This document shows positions 35,601 through 48,110 of a stretch of 64,000 bases of DNA, piece after piece. The notes under the pieces are model-generated. The model was not told where the DNA came from. It saw nothing but the letters and a program-made list of their open reading frames with translations, and made no database searches. The DNA is from Macrostomum lignano (Eukaryota), in assembly GCA_002269645.1 (NCBI GenBank), contig NIVC01003829.1, forward strand, positions 10,853-74,852, written 5' to 3'. The translations under genes were made by a program, and so were the position numbers. Positions within the stretch are counted from its first letter, which is position 1, and each line of letters opens with the position of its first letter.

Positions 35601-37150
35601 TGACTACAAGGTAAACACACACAAACTCACTGACTACAAGGTAAACACACACAAACTCACTGACTACAAGGTAAACACACACAAACTCACTGACTACAAG
35701 GTAAACACACACAAACTCACTGACTACAAGGTAAACACACACAAACTCACTGACTACAAGGTAAACACACACAAACTCACTGACTACAAGGTAAACACAC
35801 ACAAACTCACTGACTACAAGGTAAACACACACAAACTCACTGACTACAAGGTAAACACACACAAACTCACTGACTACAAGGTAAACACACACAAACTCAC
35901 TGACTACAAGGTAAACACACACAAACTCACTGACTACAAGGTAAACACACACAAACTCACTGACTACAAGGTAAACACACACAAACTCACTGACTACAAG
36001 GTAAAACACACACAAACTCACTGACTACAAGGTAAACACACACAAACTCACTGACTACAAGGTAAACACACACAAACTCACTGACTACAAGGTAAACACA
36101 CACAAACTCACTGACTACAAGGTAAACACACACAAACTCACTGACTACAAGGTAAACACACACAAACTCACTGACTACAAGGTAAACACACACAAACTCA
36201 CTGACTACAAGGTAAACACACACAAACTCACTGACTACAAGGTAAACACACACAAACTCACTGACTACAAGGTAAACACACACAAACTCACTGACTACAA
36301 GGTAAACACACACAAACTCACTGACTACAAGGTAAACACACACAAACTCACTGACTACAAGGTAAACACACACAAACTCACTGACTACAAGGTAAACACA
36401 CACAAACTCACTGACTACAAGGTAAACACACACAAACTCACTGACTACAAGGTAAACACACACAAACTCACTGACTACAAGGTAAACACACACAAACTCA
36501 CTGACTACAAGGTAAACACACACAAACTCACTGACTACAAGGTAAACACACACAAACTCACTGACTACAAGGTAAACACACACAAACTCACTGACTACAA
36601 GGTAAACACACACAAACTCACTGACTACAAGGTAAACACACACAAACTCACTGACTACAAGGTAAAACACACACAAACTCACTGACTACAAGGTAAACAC
36701 ACACAAACTCACTGACTACAAGGTAAACACACACAAACTCACTGACTACAAGGTAAACACACACAAACTCACTGACTACAAGGTAAACACACACAAACTC
36801 ACTGACTACAAGGTAAACACACACAAACTCACTGACTACAAGGTAAAACACACACAAACTCACTGACTACAAGGTAAACACACACAAACTCACTGACTAC
36901 AAGGTAAACACACACAAACTCACTGACTACAAGGTAAACACACACAAACTCACTGACTACAAGGTAAACACACACAAACTCACTGACTACAAGGTAAACA
37001 CACACAAACTCACTGACTACAAGGTAAACACACACAAACTCACTGACTACAAGGTAAACACACACAAACTCACTGACTACAAGGTAAACACACACAAACT
37101 CACTGACTACAAGGTAAAACACACAAACTCACTGACTACAAGGTAAAACA
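23629..37150. repeat. 30-bp satellite array, block 2, about 450 units
   Basis: Same unit and orientation as block 1. Substitution variants are concentrated in 23630-25100. Confidence 0.99.
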
Positions 37151-37877
37151 TCACTCCAATAGCTTCTACCAATGTTCCTTCGTCTGCCGATCATCTGGTT
37201 CTACCAGACCTCCATGACCTATAAGCTGGAACCGTCTCAGAAAGCAGCTGTTTTCCTATCCGAACTCCTCCGGCATCTGTCGAGCGGAGACTCGGAACTT
37301 ACGGTTACCGAGCTCGTGAGGAATAGAGAGGGGAGGAGGAGGAGGAAATGCGAGATGATTAGAGAGAGAAATGGAAATAAGAGGGGAGAGGAGAGACGAG
37401 AGCTGAGAAGAGACACAAACCCTGCGAGCGGGCCGGATTGCTATTGTGAAGTTTCAGAGGACCCGATGGCCGAATAGAGAGGCTTCGAGGGTCGGAGTTG
37501 GCCAATCCCTGGCTCCCTTTTCGGCTGTGAAAGGCTTTACATAGCGGAGGGTTAACATGGCTGCAATTGTCTATGACCAGACCTTTTTAGGTGCTATTTT
37601 TAGAACTCCATGGCCGTCATGAACCAGGGACTTTTAGAAATAGCACCGCTGGACTGGAAGCCAGAATAAAGCTGGGGAGCAGAGCAGATCAGAACAAGTG
37701 AGGGGTGATTTTTAACTGGCAGCAGGCTAGCGCATTCCACTGGATTATTAAAATTATTTGCTTACTTGTAGTTTGAGTTGAATGTCGCGTTTAAAATGGA
37801 GCGTAAAATGGTGAGGCATGTAATCATGTGGGCTGCATGGCGATCACGCACCAGCGGGTATTGATTTATCCTTTTTG

Positions 37878-38830
37878 GTACCCTTTCCTGGAAGGGGTTT
37901 CAAAAAAACAGGAGAAAAATCCTTTCCACAGAAATCTTTGTTGTTAAAACGAGGTGCCGTAAAACTCGGCGCGGATCAGTTCCGAAGAACTCTGCCGCAT
38001 TACATTTTTATTAAAAGGTGAATTTACAAGTGAATTCGATTCAGATATTGAACGTATATTGTAGTAAAATTTTAATGAATCCGTAAAACTATTTTTAAAT
38101 ATTTGGCATTTTTCGTCGCCAAAAAAGAAGCGAGGCGAAAAATGCCTCACAGAGAAGGGATCCGATAAAAAGAGGAAATCTAAAATATTGCGTGCTGGAA
38201 TATTTTAAGTCCTGTTGAAGGTAAAAAGAGGCTATTGAGTAAAAGAATGTTATGGCGTGTATTTATATTTAGCTATAATTGAATAGGTAGTATAGAGGGG
38301 TGTAAAGAGTATTTATCAAAGTTTATAAAAAGAAGTTAGATAAAAACAGTTGGAATCCGGTCTCCAGGCTCGGTGTAGAAGTTCACCAACACGGAGTTGA
38401 ACTTCGGGACATCGAACTGGGTATCATGGTAAATGAAGTCACGAATGTCTTCAATTACCGGATGCCAGTTTAGATTTTCCTTCAGCTCAACCCCGCTGTA
38501 GGTGTACGACGGGCCGATCCAGTAGACGCGGCGCTGCTCACTCGGACGATGCTGAAAGGCTTGAGGCAGCAGGTCGGTGATCAGGCGCTCGTAGACTTGG
38601 TCCGCGACCTCGCTCAGGAACTTGGGCGCGTAGATTATCGCACTGTCGCTGGCGTAGATCGTCTGAGCTTTAAGAGCTTTAAGGGTCAGCACCCAGGAGT
38701 CCACACAAAGTGCGCTCACTGACGACTTAAAATAAAATCATGGGGGGTGGGGCGGCCTAGAGATAAGCAATTTACAAGTGGAATAAACAGAGTCAGCTAT
38801 GTAGTTTAAGATAAACTAATATTGACTTTC
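37878..38830 (-). mobile_element. Unit 0: internally deleted derivative of the AlkB-LINE unit (5' flank, N-half of AlkB, diverged 3' flank)
   Basis: 38354-38662 encodes TIYASDS...NSVLVNFYTEPGDRIP, nearly identical to copy A. It is fused at CAGTTGG/AATCC to a diverged homologue of the AT-rich 3' flank (37880-38353). Confidence 0.8.
38354..38662 (-). pseudogene. Truncated AlkB-domain fragment that stops just before the HxD motif
   Basis: Translation matches the AlkB N-half of copies A and B up to PGDRIP. WHSD and everything downstream are missing. Confidence 0.85.
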
Positions 38831-39416
38831 GTAAAACACAAAATCGGTAAAATCATGAGGTAACACTCATGACGTAATCTTGACGTAAATCGAAGTAAAC
38901 ACACCGGAAACACTCTGCTCAGTTAATCACTGACTTCAAGTATCTTGATTTTCACAAATCAGGGATTCTCGGAAATCTTTGTTACGCGAATTGATATTAA
39001 TATGATCGAATATATACAATTTCACTATTTAAAAGCAGTATTTATGCACGCATTTGGGGATAAAAAAGAGGGGAGGGAAATCCCGCACAAAGAAGGGATC
39101 TAATAAAAGCAGGACATCTAAAAAATACGTGCTTGATATTTGAAGGCCTATTGAGAGTAAAAGCAAGACATTTAAGTAAAAAAATAGAGATTAAAAATGC
39201 AATAGCGCATATTTGAATTTAGTTGTAAAAATAGAATGAATATAGTAAAGGTGTAAAAAAGCAATTAGTGATATTTGTAGAGCAGTTGGGTAAAAAACAC
39301 AGTTGGGAAAATTGTAAAAAGAAACGCGAGGAGACATAGAGATTACCTAATCAGTCCTAATGACTGATCAACCGATCTCTGTCTCAGGCAGCAAGTTTAG
39401 TTTTATTAGTTGCGTT

Positions 39417-42238
39417 TCAGAGCGTGGTCACTTCCGGTTTGGGAGGCTGGTGCCCGGCCTTACCCTGGGGTGGGATTCCCCTGTTTCTTTCCCGACGCCT
39501 CATGGCATCCCAGAGGACATTGAGGACTGGGGTTCGGCCCGGAGCCCGAGGGGCTTCCGGCTCAATGTGGAAGCTGTGGAGCTTGGCTGCCCTCATCTTG
39601 AGCAGCCAAGCCACCCCAGCTGCTTGACCCTGTCTGCGAGCATCGGCATACCTGCCAGCTTGTGCAGGTATTCGATGCTGATGTAGGATGGCACACCATA
39701 GCAGATACGGAGAGCCAGGTTTTGGATTTTCTGCAATTTGATTTGGTTAGTCGCACAAATTTGGCTCAGGATTGGCGCTCCGTAGGTGAGAGCGCTTTCT
39801 CCGTATGCCCTGTACAGCATTCTGAGGGTGGTGCTACTCAGCTTAGTCATTTTTGCAATTCTGCACAGTGACATTACAATGGCTCTGCTGGTATCTGCCA
39901 TGTTGTCCACATGTTTGTTCAGGCAGAGGCTCTGGTCAAGGAGGACACCCAGGAATTTCACCTCCTGACAGTACGGAACCTCAGTGTCCCCCAGATACAG
40001 TTTGGGTCGCAAGTCCATGCGCCTAGTGGGTTTGTAGTTGAAAGCGATTGCTTTGCTTTTACCGGCATTCAGTCTAATGCCTTGTTTACCGCACCAGTCA
40101 AAGACTCGTCTGAGGTAGCTTTGAAGGGATGTTCGGAGCCCCGCAAAGGTGTCTGCTGAGGCCCAGACGGCCATGTCGTCTGCGAATTGACTGCGTTTGA
40201 CGCTTGAGATGGTGGGAGTCGGCATTGAGCTGACGAAGAGGAGATACAGGAGAGGACTCAGAATGCCTCCCTGAGGGACGCCAGCCTGGATGGTGTGGGG
40301 ATCGCTTAGGGCCCCCTCGATTCGAACCTGGATCTGTCTGTCTCGCAGGTAGTCAGACAGGATTCGCATGAGCATAGGTGGAAAACCATCGGTGAGCATG
40401 CTATGCCTGATCTTGTCGTGCCAGGTGGAGTCAAAAGCTGCCTCTGCATCCAGGAAGACTGCAGCGGACTTTTTAGCTTTGCACTTTGCTACCATGACAT
40501 CTTGTGCCAGACGGCACAGGTTGTCATACGTGGAGTGAATTTTGCGGTAGGCGCATTGGTCATCTCCTAGGGTCTTATTATCCTCAAGGTGCTTGGTGAG
40601 TCTTTTTGCTATAAGCTTCTCAAACACTTTGCCCAGACATGAGGTCAGGCTGATTGGTCTGTAGGAGTTGGGGTGTTCGGGCGGTTTGTCCGGCTTGGGG
40701 ATCATTGTCACCACAGCTTTCTTCCAGGCGCTGGGGAAAATCCCTCGACCGTAGCAGGCGTTGAAGAGGTTAGTGAGTCTCGTGATTGCCACCCCCTCTA
40801 AGCCCAGCTTGAGGACGCAGTTGGGAATCTTGTCCAGCCCGGGTGCTCCATCAGGCCTGAGGTGCTCCAGTTCCCACACTGTGTCTGCCACAGAGAATGC
40901 AGCATCAAGTGGGTGGGTCTCAATGGGTTCGATTCCCTCAGGAACGGGGTAGAATGAGGTGAGCTGTGCCACATCGGCCACCTCACGTTTGAGCTGTTCG
41001 CATGTGGAAGGGACTGGGCGCATCTTTGAGTCCAGAGTCTCGGCTAGAAGGTTAGCCTTCTCCAGATCTGTGTGCGCAGTTGTTTGACCCAGGGTGAGGC
41101 TGGGGATCGAGGTTGGCTTAAATTTGCCCATCAGCTTTTTAGTGTCATGCCAGAAATTCTTCACTTTCTTGTTCTTGCTGTTTTCAACAATACTCTCACA
41201 GACTTTGGTTAGCTTTCCATTCTGGAAGGAGTTAATTTCTCTCTTTATGCGATTTGCGAGCTGGTTTGCTTGGGTTTTGAAATTTTGATCCCGTGTGCTG
41301 AAGAAGAGGCGTCTGAGTCGTCTGCGCTCTTTGATCAGGTCGAGGATGTACTTGGGTAGGGCGTTTTTGGCACCACAGTCTGGTACTGTGGAGTCAATCA
41401 CGGTGTGAATGGCCTTTGTGATGTGATCCACTTCGGCATTGATTTGGTCAGCATTTGATAATTTAATATTCTGATCTGAGCTCAAAGCTTCACTGATTTT
41501 GAGTCTGAACTCGTCCCAGTTTGTTTTTGAGAAGTTTTTGGGTCTGGGGGGACCAGCCCATTTCTTCGACTGAATATTGAGCGTGAGGATTATGGGTAAG
41601 TGGTCACTGCCCAGGTCAGGACCCACCTCAAAGTCCTGCACAAATGGGAGAAAGTCCTCAGTGGCCAGGGCGAGGTCCAAGACATTCCTAGAAATCAGCC
41701 CGTTTTTGGTGGCCAGTCTGGTGAACTGACCGGCTTGATTGAGAATGGTTGGCGAGGTGGGGCCCTCAGACAGCCAGTCGTGCAGCTGGTAGCCAGCCAT
41801 GTTGTTGCTGCTGTCACCCCCGAGGAAGCGGTGTCTGGCATTGAGGTCACCCATGAGCACACTGCGCCTACGGGAGAGAAGATTTTTGAGTAGGTTCAGG
41901 TTCAGATGATACGGTGCTGGAGACCTGTACACCAGAGCAAGAATGAAGTCAGGACCAGAGTTGTCAGACAAGCTCACGGTGCAAGAGATGGCTTCATGGT
42001 TGACATTGTCATACTGCAAGCGCACACTTGTGAGTTTGACGCGAGGAGAGTGGGCAAGGAGAAGCCCGCGTTTGACTTGCGGGGTATCATACCGAATGAT
42101 GGAGTACCCGGGAATCTGGACAGTGTGACAACTTTTGAGAATGGTCTCAGAGAAGAGGGCAATGTCTAGCTCCTGACTGACGACCCACTGTGTCAGCTCT
42201 CTGATTTTCGGGTTGAATCCCCTGCAGTTTAAATGCAT
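39417..42238 (-). CDS. LINE ORF2: APE endonuclease and reverse transcriptase (about 940 aa; frameshift near 39615), no RNase H
   Basis: APE: HLNCRG, LFSET, MGDLNARH, LDLAL, GSDHLPI. RT: PGLDKI, SYRPISLTS, AVFLDAEAAFD, GVPQGGILSPLLY, QFADD, VKFLGV. The C-terminal LQKIQNLALRICYGVP is Jockey-like. The track ORF (881 aa) is cut by a C-run indel; copies A and C both end KPEVTTL. Confidence 0.93.
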
Positions 42239-42324
42239 AATCTTCAGGGCTGTGGTTTGATTGTTTGAGTCTACAGTTAACGCACTGAAGTTTCAATTCA
42301 AGTCTTGAGTTTAGCTGCCTGAGA

Positions 42325-44493
42325 CTAGGACTCAGTGGTCATGCCAGCCATGCCCGGCACTTCCTGGAGTGCAGCCCGCACAATGTCCTCAACCATTTTA
42401 CTGGTTGATTCCACAGTGAGGACCTCCCCAGGCGGTCGGGACAGGGCCTGCACAACCACTTGAGTCAGAGAGCGGGTGATCAGGGGCAACAGCATGCTCA
42501 CCACCGACATAAAGTCACTAAGCTGCAGCTGCACCGCCTGGCCGGCATCAGCTGACGGAGCAGTCGCATTGACATCAGACTCGGTCTCTGCCGCCGGAGC
42601 GCTCCTGGCATCATCGGTCACGATGACAAGCGGCCGGATCGCGGCGGGTACCGGCACCGTGCGCCTGCCTCGGCGGATCAGCCAGCCGCTGTCGGAGTCG
42701 TCGTCGGCGGCGGCGTCGTCGGTCTCACTTGACACTGGGGCAGCAGCGGCCGCAGCTTCCGCAGCTCGCGCCGCGGCTTTGGCCTCAGCAGCCGCTCTGG
42801 TCGCCTTGTCGTGCTCCGCCTTGGCGACGGTGCAGGCTCGACTGGTGGTTCGGTGCGAGCCGCCGCAGTTGGCGCAGACCGCTGGGCCCTCGTGCTGGCA
42901 CTCCTTCCAGGAATGCTGGCCGCCGCAAATCCGGCAGCGCTGCTGCCCCCGACACTGAGCAGCGCGGTGGCCGAACTCCTGGCAGCGCTGGCATTGCAGA
43001 GCGCGGACCGGCTCGTCTGTGCGGCTGTCCTCGCAGTTGAACTTCAAGAAGTCGGTGCAGATGCCATCGCGGAGGCACTTCTCGTAGGTCATCGCCGACT
43101 TTGTGAAGATGCGCACGAACTGGGTTGCCTTTCCAGTCGCTCTGGCTCGGATTCTGTGGACGCTGACAATGTCCAGCTTGAGCGTGCCGCGCAACAGGGT
43201 CGCGAAGTCAGCCTCCGAGAATGCGAGGGGCACCTCAGTAGCGACGAAGGTGCGTACCGGCTGCTGCTGCACTCTGTCGGGCCCTGTTCTGTTGTCCAGC
43301 GGTCGGGCTCGGGCTGGACGGCGCTTTACGGGATGCTCGAGCAGCTTCTCCTCGCGCAGCGCGCCGCCCAGGAAGACGTTGTAGTCCCGCTCCGACGCTG
43401 GGAACACGAGATAGGCCGGCTGATTCGCCATCGGCGCAGTGTTGACGGCTCTAGCTTCGCCGGCAAAGTTGGTCTGCAGCCAGGCAACGAACTGCATCAG
43501 CTTGTTGGCCGCGTCCCGGTGCACCTCAAAAACGATCGGCGGGATGGCAGCCTGGGGCCTTCTGGGCGGCGCAGGGCGCGCCGCAACCTGCGCGTAGGGC
43601 CGCGCTGCCGCAGCCGCCTGCGCGCTTGTCGCCGAAGCCGCCGCCGCACCGGCCGGCCATGAAGCCGCCGAAGCCGCCGCCGCACCGGACGCCGCGCCGC
43701 GACCTCCTCGCCTGCCTCGCTGGTGGCCGCCACGGCCGCGCCGACCCCGATCGCTTTCGCGGTCTCGCGTCGCCGTCGCCTGCCGCTCCTGGGGCCTGTC
43801 GTCGCCCCGGCCGCCCTGGTCGTCGTCGTGGCCGCCTTGGTCGTCGTCCCGACCGCCTTGGTCGTCGCCGAATGGGCCGCCGTTGAGCGGCTGGCTGTAG
43901 GTCGGATCATCCGGCAGAGCTCGCTTGCGCCGCAGCTCCGGCTTGGTGACACGGAATGTTAGCGAGATGCGGACGCCATTCTGAGAGTGGGCGGCGGGCA
44001 CCTGGTGCTGCAGGCGTTTCTGGCAGTTTCCTGCCATCAGAATCAGCGAGCCTGGCAGCGTTGGAAAGCGGTGCGTCACGTTGCCGTCCCGACGGCGCAG
44101 CATGAACAGCCGCTCAGCGCCGAAGGACACGGTCGCGATCGTCGGCCTGTCGCCGAGCTCATCCTCATCGTCCGAGTGCCAGGGAATCCGGTCTCCCGGC
44201 TCGGTGTAGAAGTTCACCAACACGGAGTTGAACTTCGGGACATCGAACTGGGTATCATGGTAAATGAAGTCACGAATGTCTTCAATTACCTGATGCCAGT
44301 TTAGATTTTCCTTCAGCTCAACCCCGCTGTAGGTGTACGACGGGCCGATCCAGTAGACGCGGCGCTGCTCACTCGGACGATGCTGAAAGGCTTGAGGCAG
44401 CAGGTCGGTGATCAGACGCTCGTAGACTTGGTCCGCGACCTCGCTCAGAAACTTGGGCGCGTAGATTATCGTACTGTCGCTGGCGTAGATCGT
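42325..44493 (-). CDS. LINE ORF1: AlkB-family 2OG-Fe(II) dioxygenase domain (43951-44493), RGG-rich linker and gag-like domain with three CCHC knuckles; N-terminus missing
   Basis: AlkB motifs: NSVLVNFY, WHSDDE, ATVSFG..R.F, GSLILM, QHQVP, RISLTFR. Knuckles: CQRCQEFGHRAAQC, CRICGGQHSWKEC, CANCGGSHRTTSRAC. An in-frame TAG sits immediately before the AlkB start. Confidence 0.9.
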   Translation of the reverse strand, partial: TIYASDSTIIYAPKFLSEVADQVYERLITDLLPQAFQHRPSEQRRVYWIGPSYTYSGVELKENLNWHQVIEDIRDFIYHDTQFDVPKFNSVLVNFYTEPGDRIPWHSDDEDELGDRPTIATVSFGAERLFMLRRRDGNVTHRFPTLPGSLILMAGNCQKRLQHQVPAAHSQNGVRISLTFRVTKPELRRKRALPDDPTYSQPLNGGPFGDDQGGRDDDQGGHDDDQGGRGDDRPQERQATATRDRESDRGRRGRGGHQRGRRGGRGAASGAAAASAASWPAGAAAASATSAQAAAAARPYAQVAARPAPPRRPQAAIPPIVFEVHRDAANKLMQFVAWLQTNFAGEARAVNTAPMANQPAYLVFPASERDYNVFLGGALREEKLLEHPVKRRPARARPLDNRTGPDRVQQQPVRTFVATEVPLAFSEADFATLLRGTLKLDIVSVHRIRARATGKATQFVRIFTKSAMTYEKCLRDGICTDFLKFNCEDSRTDEPVRALQCQRCQEFGHRAAQCRGQQRCRICGGQHSWKECQHEGPAVCANCGGSHRTTSRACTVAKAEHDKATRAAAEAKAAARAAEAAAAAAPVSSETDDAAADDDSDSGWLIRRGRRTVPVPAAIRPLVIVTDDARSAPAAETESDVNATAPSADAGQAVQLQLSDFMSVVSMLLPLITRSLTQVVVQALSRPPGEVLTVESTSKMVEDIVRAALQEVPGMAGMTTES

Positions 44494-44599
44494 CTAAGGG
44501 TTGGGGCGACTACAAGATAAAATCTTGGGGGATGGGGCGGCCTGGGGAGAGATAAGCAATGTACAGTGGAATAAACAGAGTTAGCTATGAAGTTTAAGA

Positions 44600-45485
44600 T
44601 AGAACCAACATTAGAAATTATAAATTGCTCTCTCTAGAGCGTTATGGACATTCATTCAGGCATACAAACCTTAGAGATTTAGTATATTTAGATTTAAGAT
44701 AGAACCAACATTAGAAATTATAAATTGCTCTCTCTAGAGCGTTATGGACATTCATTCAGGCATACAAACCTTAGAACTTTAGTATATTTAGACTAGAGCG
44801 TTATGGACATTCAAGCAAGCAAGCATACAAACCTTAGAGATTTAGTATATTTAGATTTAAGATAGAACCAACATTAGAAATTATAAATTGCTCTCTCTAG
44901 AGCGTTATGGACATTCATTCGGCATACAAACCTTAGAGATTTAGTATATTTAGATTTAGAAGACTAGCTAATTAGAGCTGGCTGCCAGCAGCCAGAATAA
45001 TTTTTTTATTGCCCCCCTTTAAGTGGAGCGGAGTGAGTTTTCTTATCAGTTGGCTCTGGCGCAATCAATTAAAATCGGCAGTGGTTTCTGGCTGATAAAA
45101 TTTGCATTGAAAAAGGCCATTTAAAACAGTTTTTCGATCCCTTTAATCCCTTTAATCCCTATTTAATCCCTTTAGCATTGAAGCAGATACAAGAAATTTT
45201 AACTGTCTTCTTTCCAGACAATTTTGAATCTTTTGGCGAAAACGCGATCAAAATCGGTGAAGAATTGCTCTCTCTAGAGCGTTATGGACATTCATTCAAG
45301 CAAGCATACAAACAAACCTTAGAGATTTAGTATATTTAGATTAGAAGATTTTAACTGTCTTCTTTCCAGACAATTTTGAATCTTTTGGCGAAAACGCGAT
45401 GAAAATCGGTGAAGAATTGCAGTCTCTAGAGCGTTATGGACAAGCAAGCATACAAATATTAGAGATTTAGTATATTTAGACTAGC
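44600..45485. repeat. Cluster of DINE-1/HINE-like (non-autonomous Helitron/Helentron-like) repeat modules, block 1
   Basis: Repeated core TTTCCAGACAATTTTGAATCTTTTGGCGAAAACGCGATCAAAATCGGTGAAGAATTGC..CTAGAGCGTTATGGACA followed by CATACAAAC..TTAGAGATTTAGTATATTTAGA tails. The repetition is directly visible; the family assignment is by resemblance only. Confidence 0.55.
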
Positions 45486-45984
45486 CATTTAGCCCCCCGC
45501 TGGGGAGCCCTAAAATGACACCAATTGGTTTTTATTTTGACGCAAGAGTAACCTTACTATAATTATCCAAAATGTTGATTTCCATTAATCAAAAATTACC
45601 TTTTCTCATTTTGGCAAAAATAAATTGCCATGAATCAGAACTTTCATCAGCCAAAAAAGGTTCCTTCATCAGCCCAAAACCCTTTCTCAATCAGCAAATA
45701 GTGCTTATCCTTTCAAGCACAAACTCTTAGTGCATATCGTCGCTGGCCGGGGCATATTCTTATCCGCAGCAAATATGCAAATCACTGACGGCCTTAGACC
45801 CTCTCTTTTAATTAGCCTAAATCAAAGAATGAAACCTTTAATAAATGCGCTGGTATTTCCTATTAGCAGAAATCAGCATCACTTGTGTGTACTATTTCAA
45901 TATCTGAACTACATGAGCTACTTCAGCCGTACTACCTGACTATCTGACAATCGCCCAACAACCTAACACCCCTAACAATTCAGC

Positions 45985-48110
45985 CATCATCCATGAGCCT
46001 TGTCATCTTAGCAATTCCCCCCAGTAAGCCTTGTCATCTTAACAATTCCCCCCAGTAAGCCTTGAAATCTCAGCAATTCCCCAAGTAAGCCTTGACAAGA
46101 ATTGCTAAGAATTGCTAAGAATACTTAGCTAACAATTGCTAATACTTGCTAAGAATTGCTGAGAAGCCTCGAGATCTCAGCAATTCCCCCAGTAAGCATT
46201 GACATCTCAGCGATTCTCCCAGTAAGCCTTGAAATCTTAGCAATTCCCCCAGAAAGAATTCACATCTTAGCAATTGCCGCAGTAAGCCTTGAAATCGCTG
46301 CAATTCCCCCAGTAAGCCTTAACATCTCAGCAATTCCCCCAATAAGCCTTGACATCTGAGGAATTCCCCCAGTAAGCCTTGAAATCTAAGCATTTCCCCA
46401 GTAAGCCTTGAAATCTCAGCATTCCCCAGAAAGCCTTCACATTTTAGCAATTCCCAGTAAGACTTGACATCTTAGCAATTCCCAGTAAGACTTGACATCT
46501 CAGCAGTTCCCCCATTAAGCATCGACATCGCAGCAATTAAACTCGAGCCTTGACATCTACGCAGTTCTCTCAGCTGAGTAAGCCTTGACATCCCAACAAC
46601 CCAACTCCCCTCCCCCAAGAATTCAGCAATCCCCTTATGAGCCTTGATATCTCTGCAATTTCTTCATAAGCCTTGTCAACTCAGTGATTCCATTCATGAG
46701 CTTTGATATCTTAGCAACTCCCATCTTAGCAAGTCTTTAGTTGATGGTTAACAGAGTGGTTATTCTATGATTGAACCAAAACTGACCCTAAGCCCCTAAC
46801 CCTAACCCATAAGTGAGTCTTGGCATGTTAGCAATCTCCCCCGTGAGCCTTGAGCCTGAGCATTTAAGTAACTTCCTCATAAGCTTTGAAATCTAAATTT
46901 CACCGAAAGCCTTGAACTGTCAGCAATTCCCTAAGAGCCAAAGCATATAACTAATTCGCCCCTTTAATCTTTGAAATTCCTTGATAAATCATTTATGATT
47001 GACACGACGATCGCTCTATAATTAAACTCAAATCCTAACCCTTAACCTGCAGCCGAGTCACAGCATTTCAGCAACTCCCCCTCTCAGTCCAAGAATTTCA
47101 GCAATTCCCCAATGAGCTTTTGAAATCTTAGCAATTTTCCCATGAGCATGAAACTTTAGCGACTAACCTTTTGATATCTTGGCACTTTCACATGAGTCTT
47201 ATGGTTGAAAACTAACCCTGCCAAGTCACAGCATTTCAGCAATTCCCACCGTAAACCACAGCATTTCAACAAATACCCAATGAACCTTGACATTTCGTGA
47301 ATTTCAGCTATTCGCTTTAGGAGCCTTTGAAATCTCAGTCATTCCCCCGTGAACCTTAGCATCTCAGCAATACCCAAGAGTCACAGCCTACAGCATTACA
47401 GGGATCCCCCGTGAGCTTTGAAATCTCAGCTATTCCCCAATGAGCCTTGATATCTCAGCAACTCCTATTTGAGCCACAAAATTTCGGCATTATGAGCAGG
47501 TACTGCAATCACAACAATCCCCTGTGCATTGAGCCACATTATAATTCGGATATCCCCCCACGATCCTTTACAACTTAGCAATTCCCCAATGAGTATTTAA
47601 TGTTAGACAGGCCTATTCATTTATATGGTTTACGTCTTACTCTTACCCTAACAATGTCGGCAATTCCCTCAAGAGCCACAGCATTCCAGAAATTATTTCC
47701 ATGAGCCTTGACAGCAAATAATTTTAATGAGCCTTGATACCTCAGAAATTTCTCAAATGGAATTTGAAATCAAAGCAATTCTGCCCAGAATCACATCAGT
47801 ATAGAAATTTCCCTCTGAGACTTGACAAGACATCTCAGAATTTCTCTCATGGGCCTTGATCTGGCCCATGGCCCAGTAAGCCTTGAAATCTCAATAATTC
47901 CCCAGTAAGCCTTGACATCTCAGAAATTCCCTCATTAAGATCGACATCGCAGCAATTGAACTTAAGCTTTGAAATCAAAGCAATTCTCCCCAGAATCACA
48001 TCATTATAGCAATTACCGCTGAGCCTTGAGATCTTAGAAATTCTCCCATGAGTCTTGATATCACAGAAATTTTCCATACCAGCCTTGACATCTTAGCAAT
48101 TCACATTGAG
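45985..48110. repeat. Old degenerate satellite, about 30-bp unit (GTAAGCCTTGAAATCTCAGCAATTCCCCCA-like)
   Basis: Recurrent AAGCCTTGA(C/A)ATCT(C/T)AGCAATTCCCC motifs, most regular at 46150-46530 and 47850-48100. Confidence 0.85.

Larger units (their letters stand above)
38968..44600 (-). mobile_element. Copy A: AlkB-gag/APE-RT Jockey-like non-LTR retrotransposon lacking the ORF1 region upstream of the AlkB domain
   Basis: ORF2 at 39417-42238, ORF1 at 42325-44493, shared AT-rich 3' flank at about 39050-39400 and a 5'-flank homologue at 44496-44600. Confidence 0.9.

Noticed and set aside
37305-37321. 17-bp match (TTACCGAGCTCGTGAGG) to the 31-bp minisatellite
   Set aside because: Single isolated match with no extended homology; cannot be distinguished from chance or a tiny relic.
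46785-47050. Telomere-like CCCTAA repeats
   Set aside because: Only 2-3 imperfect units within a degenerate satellite.
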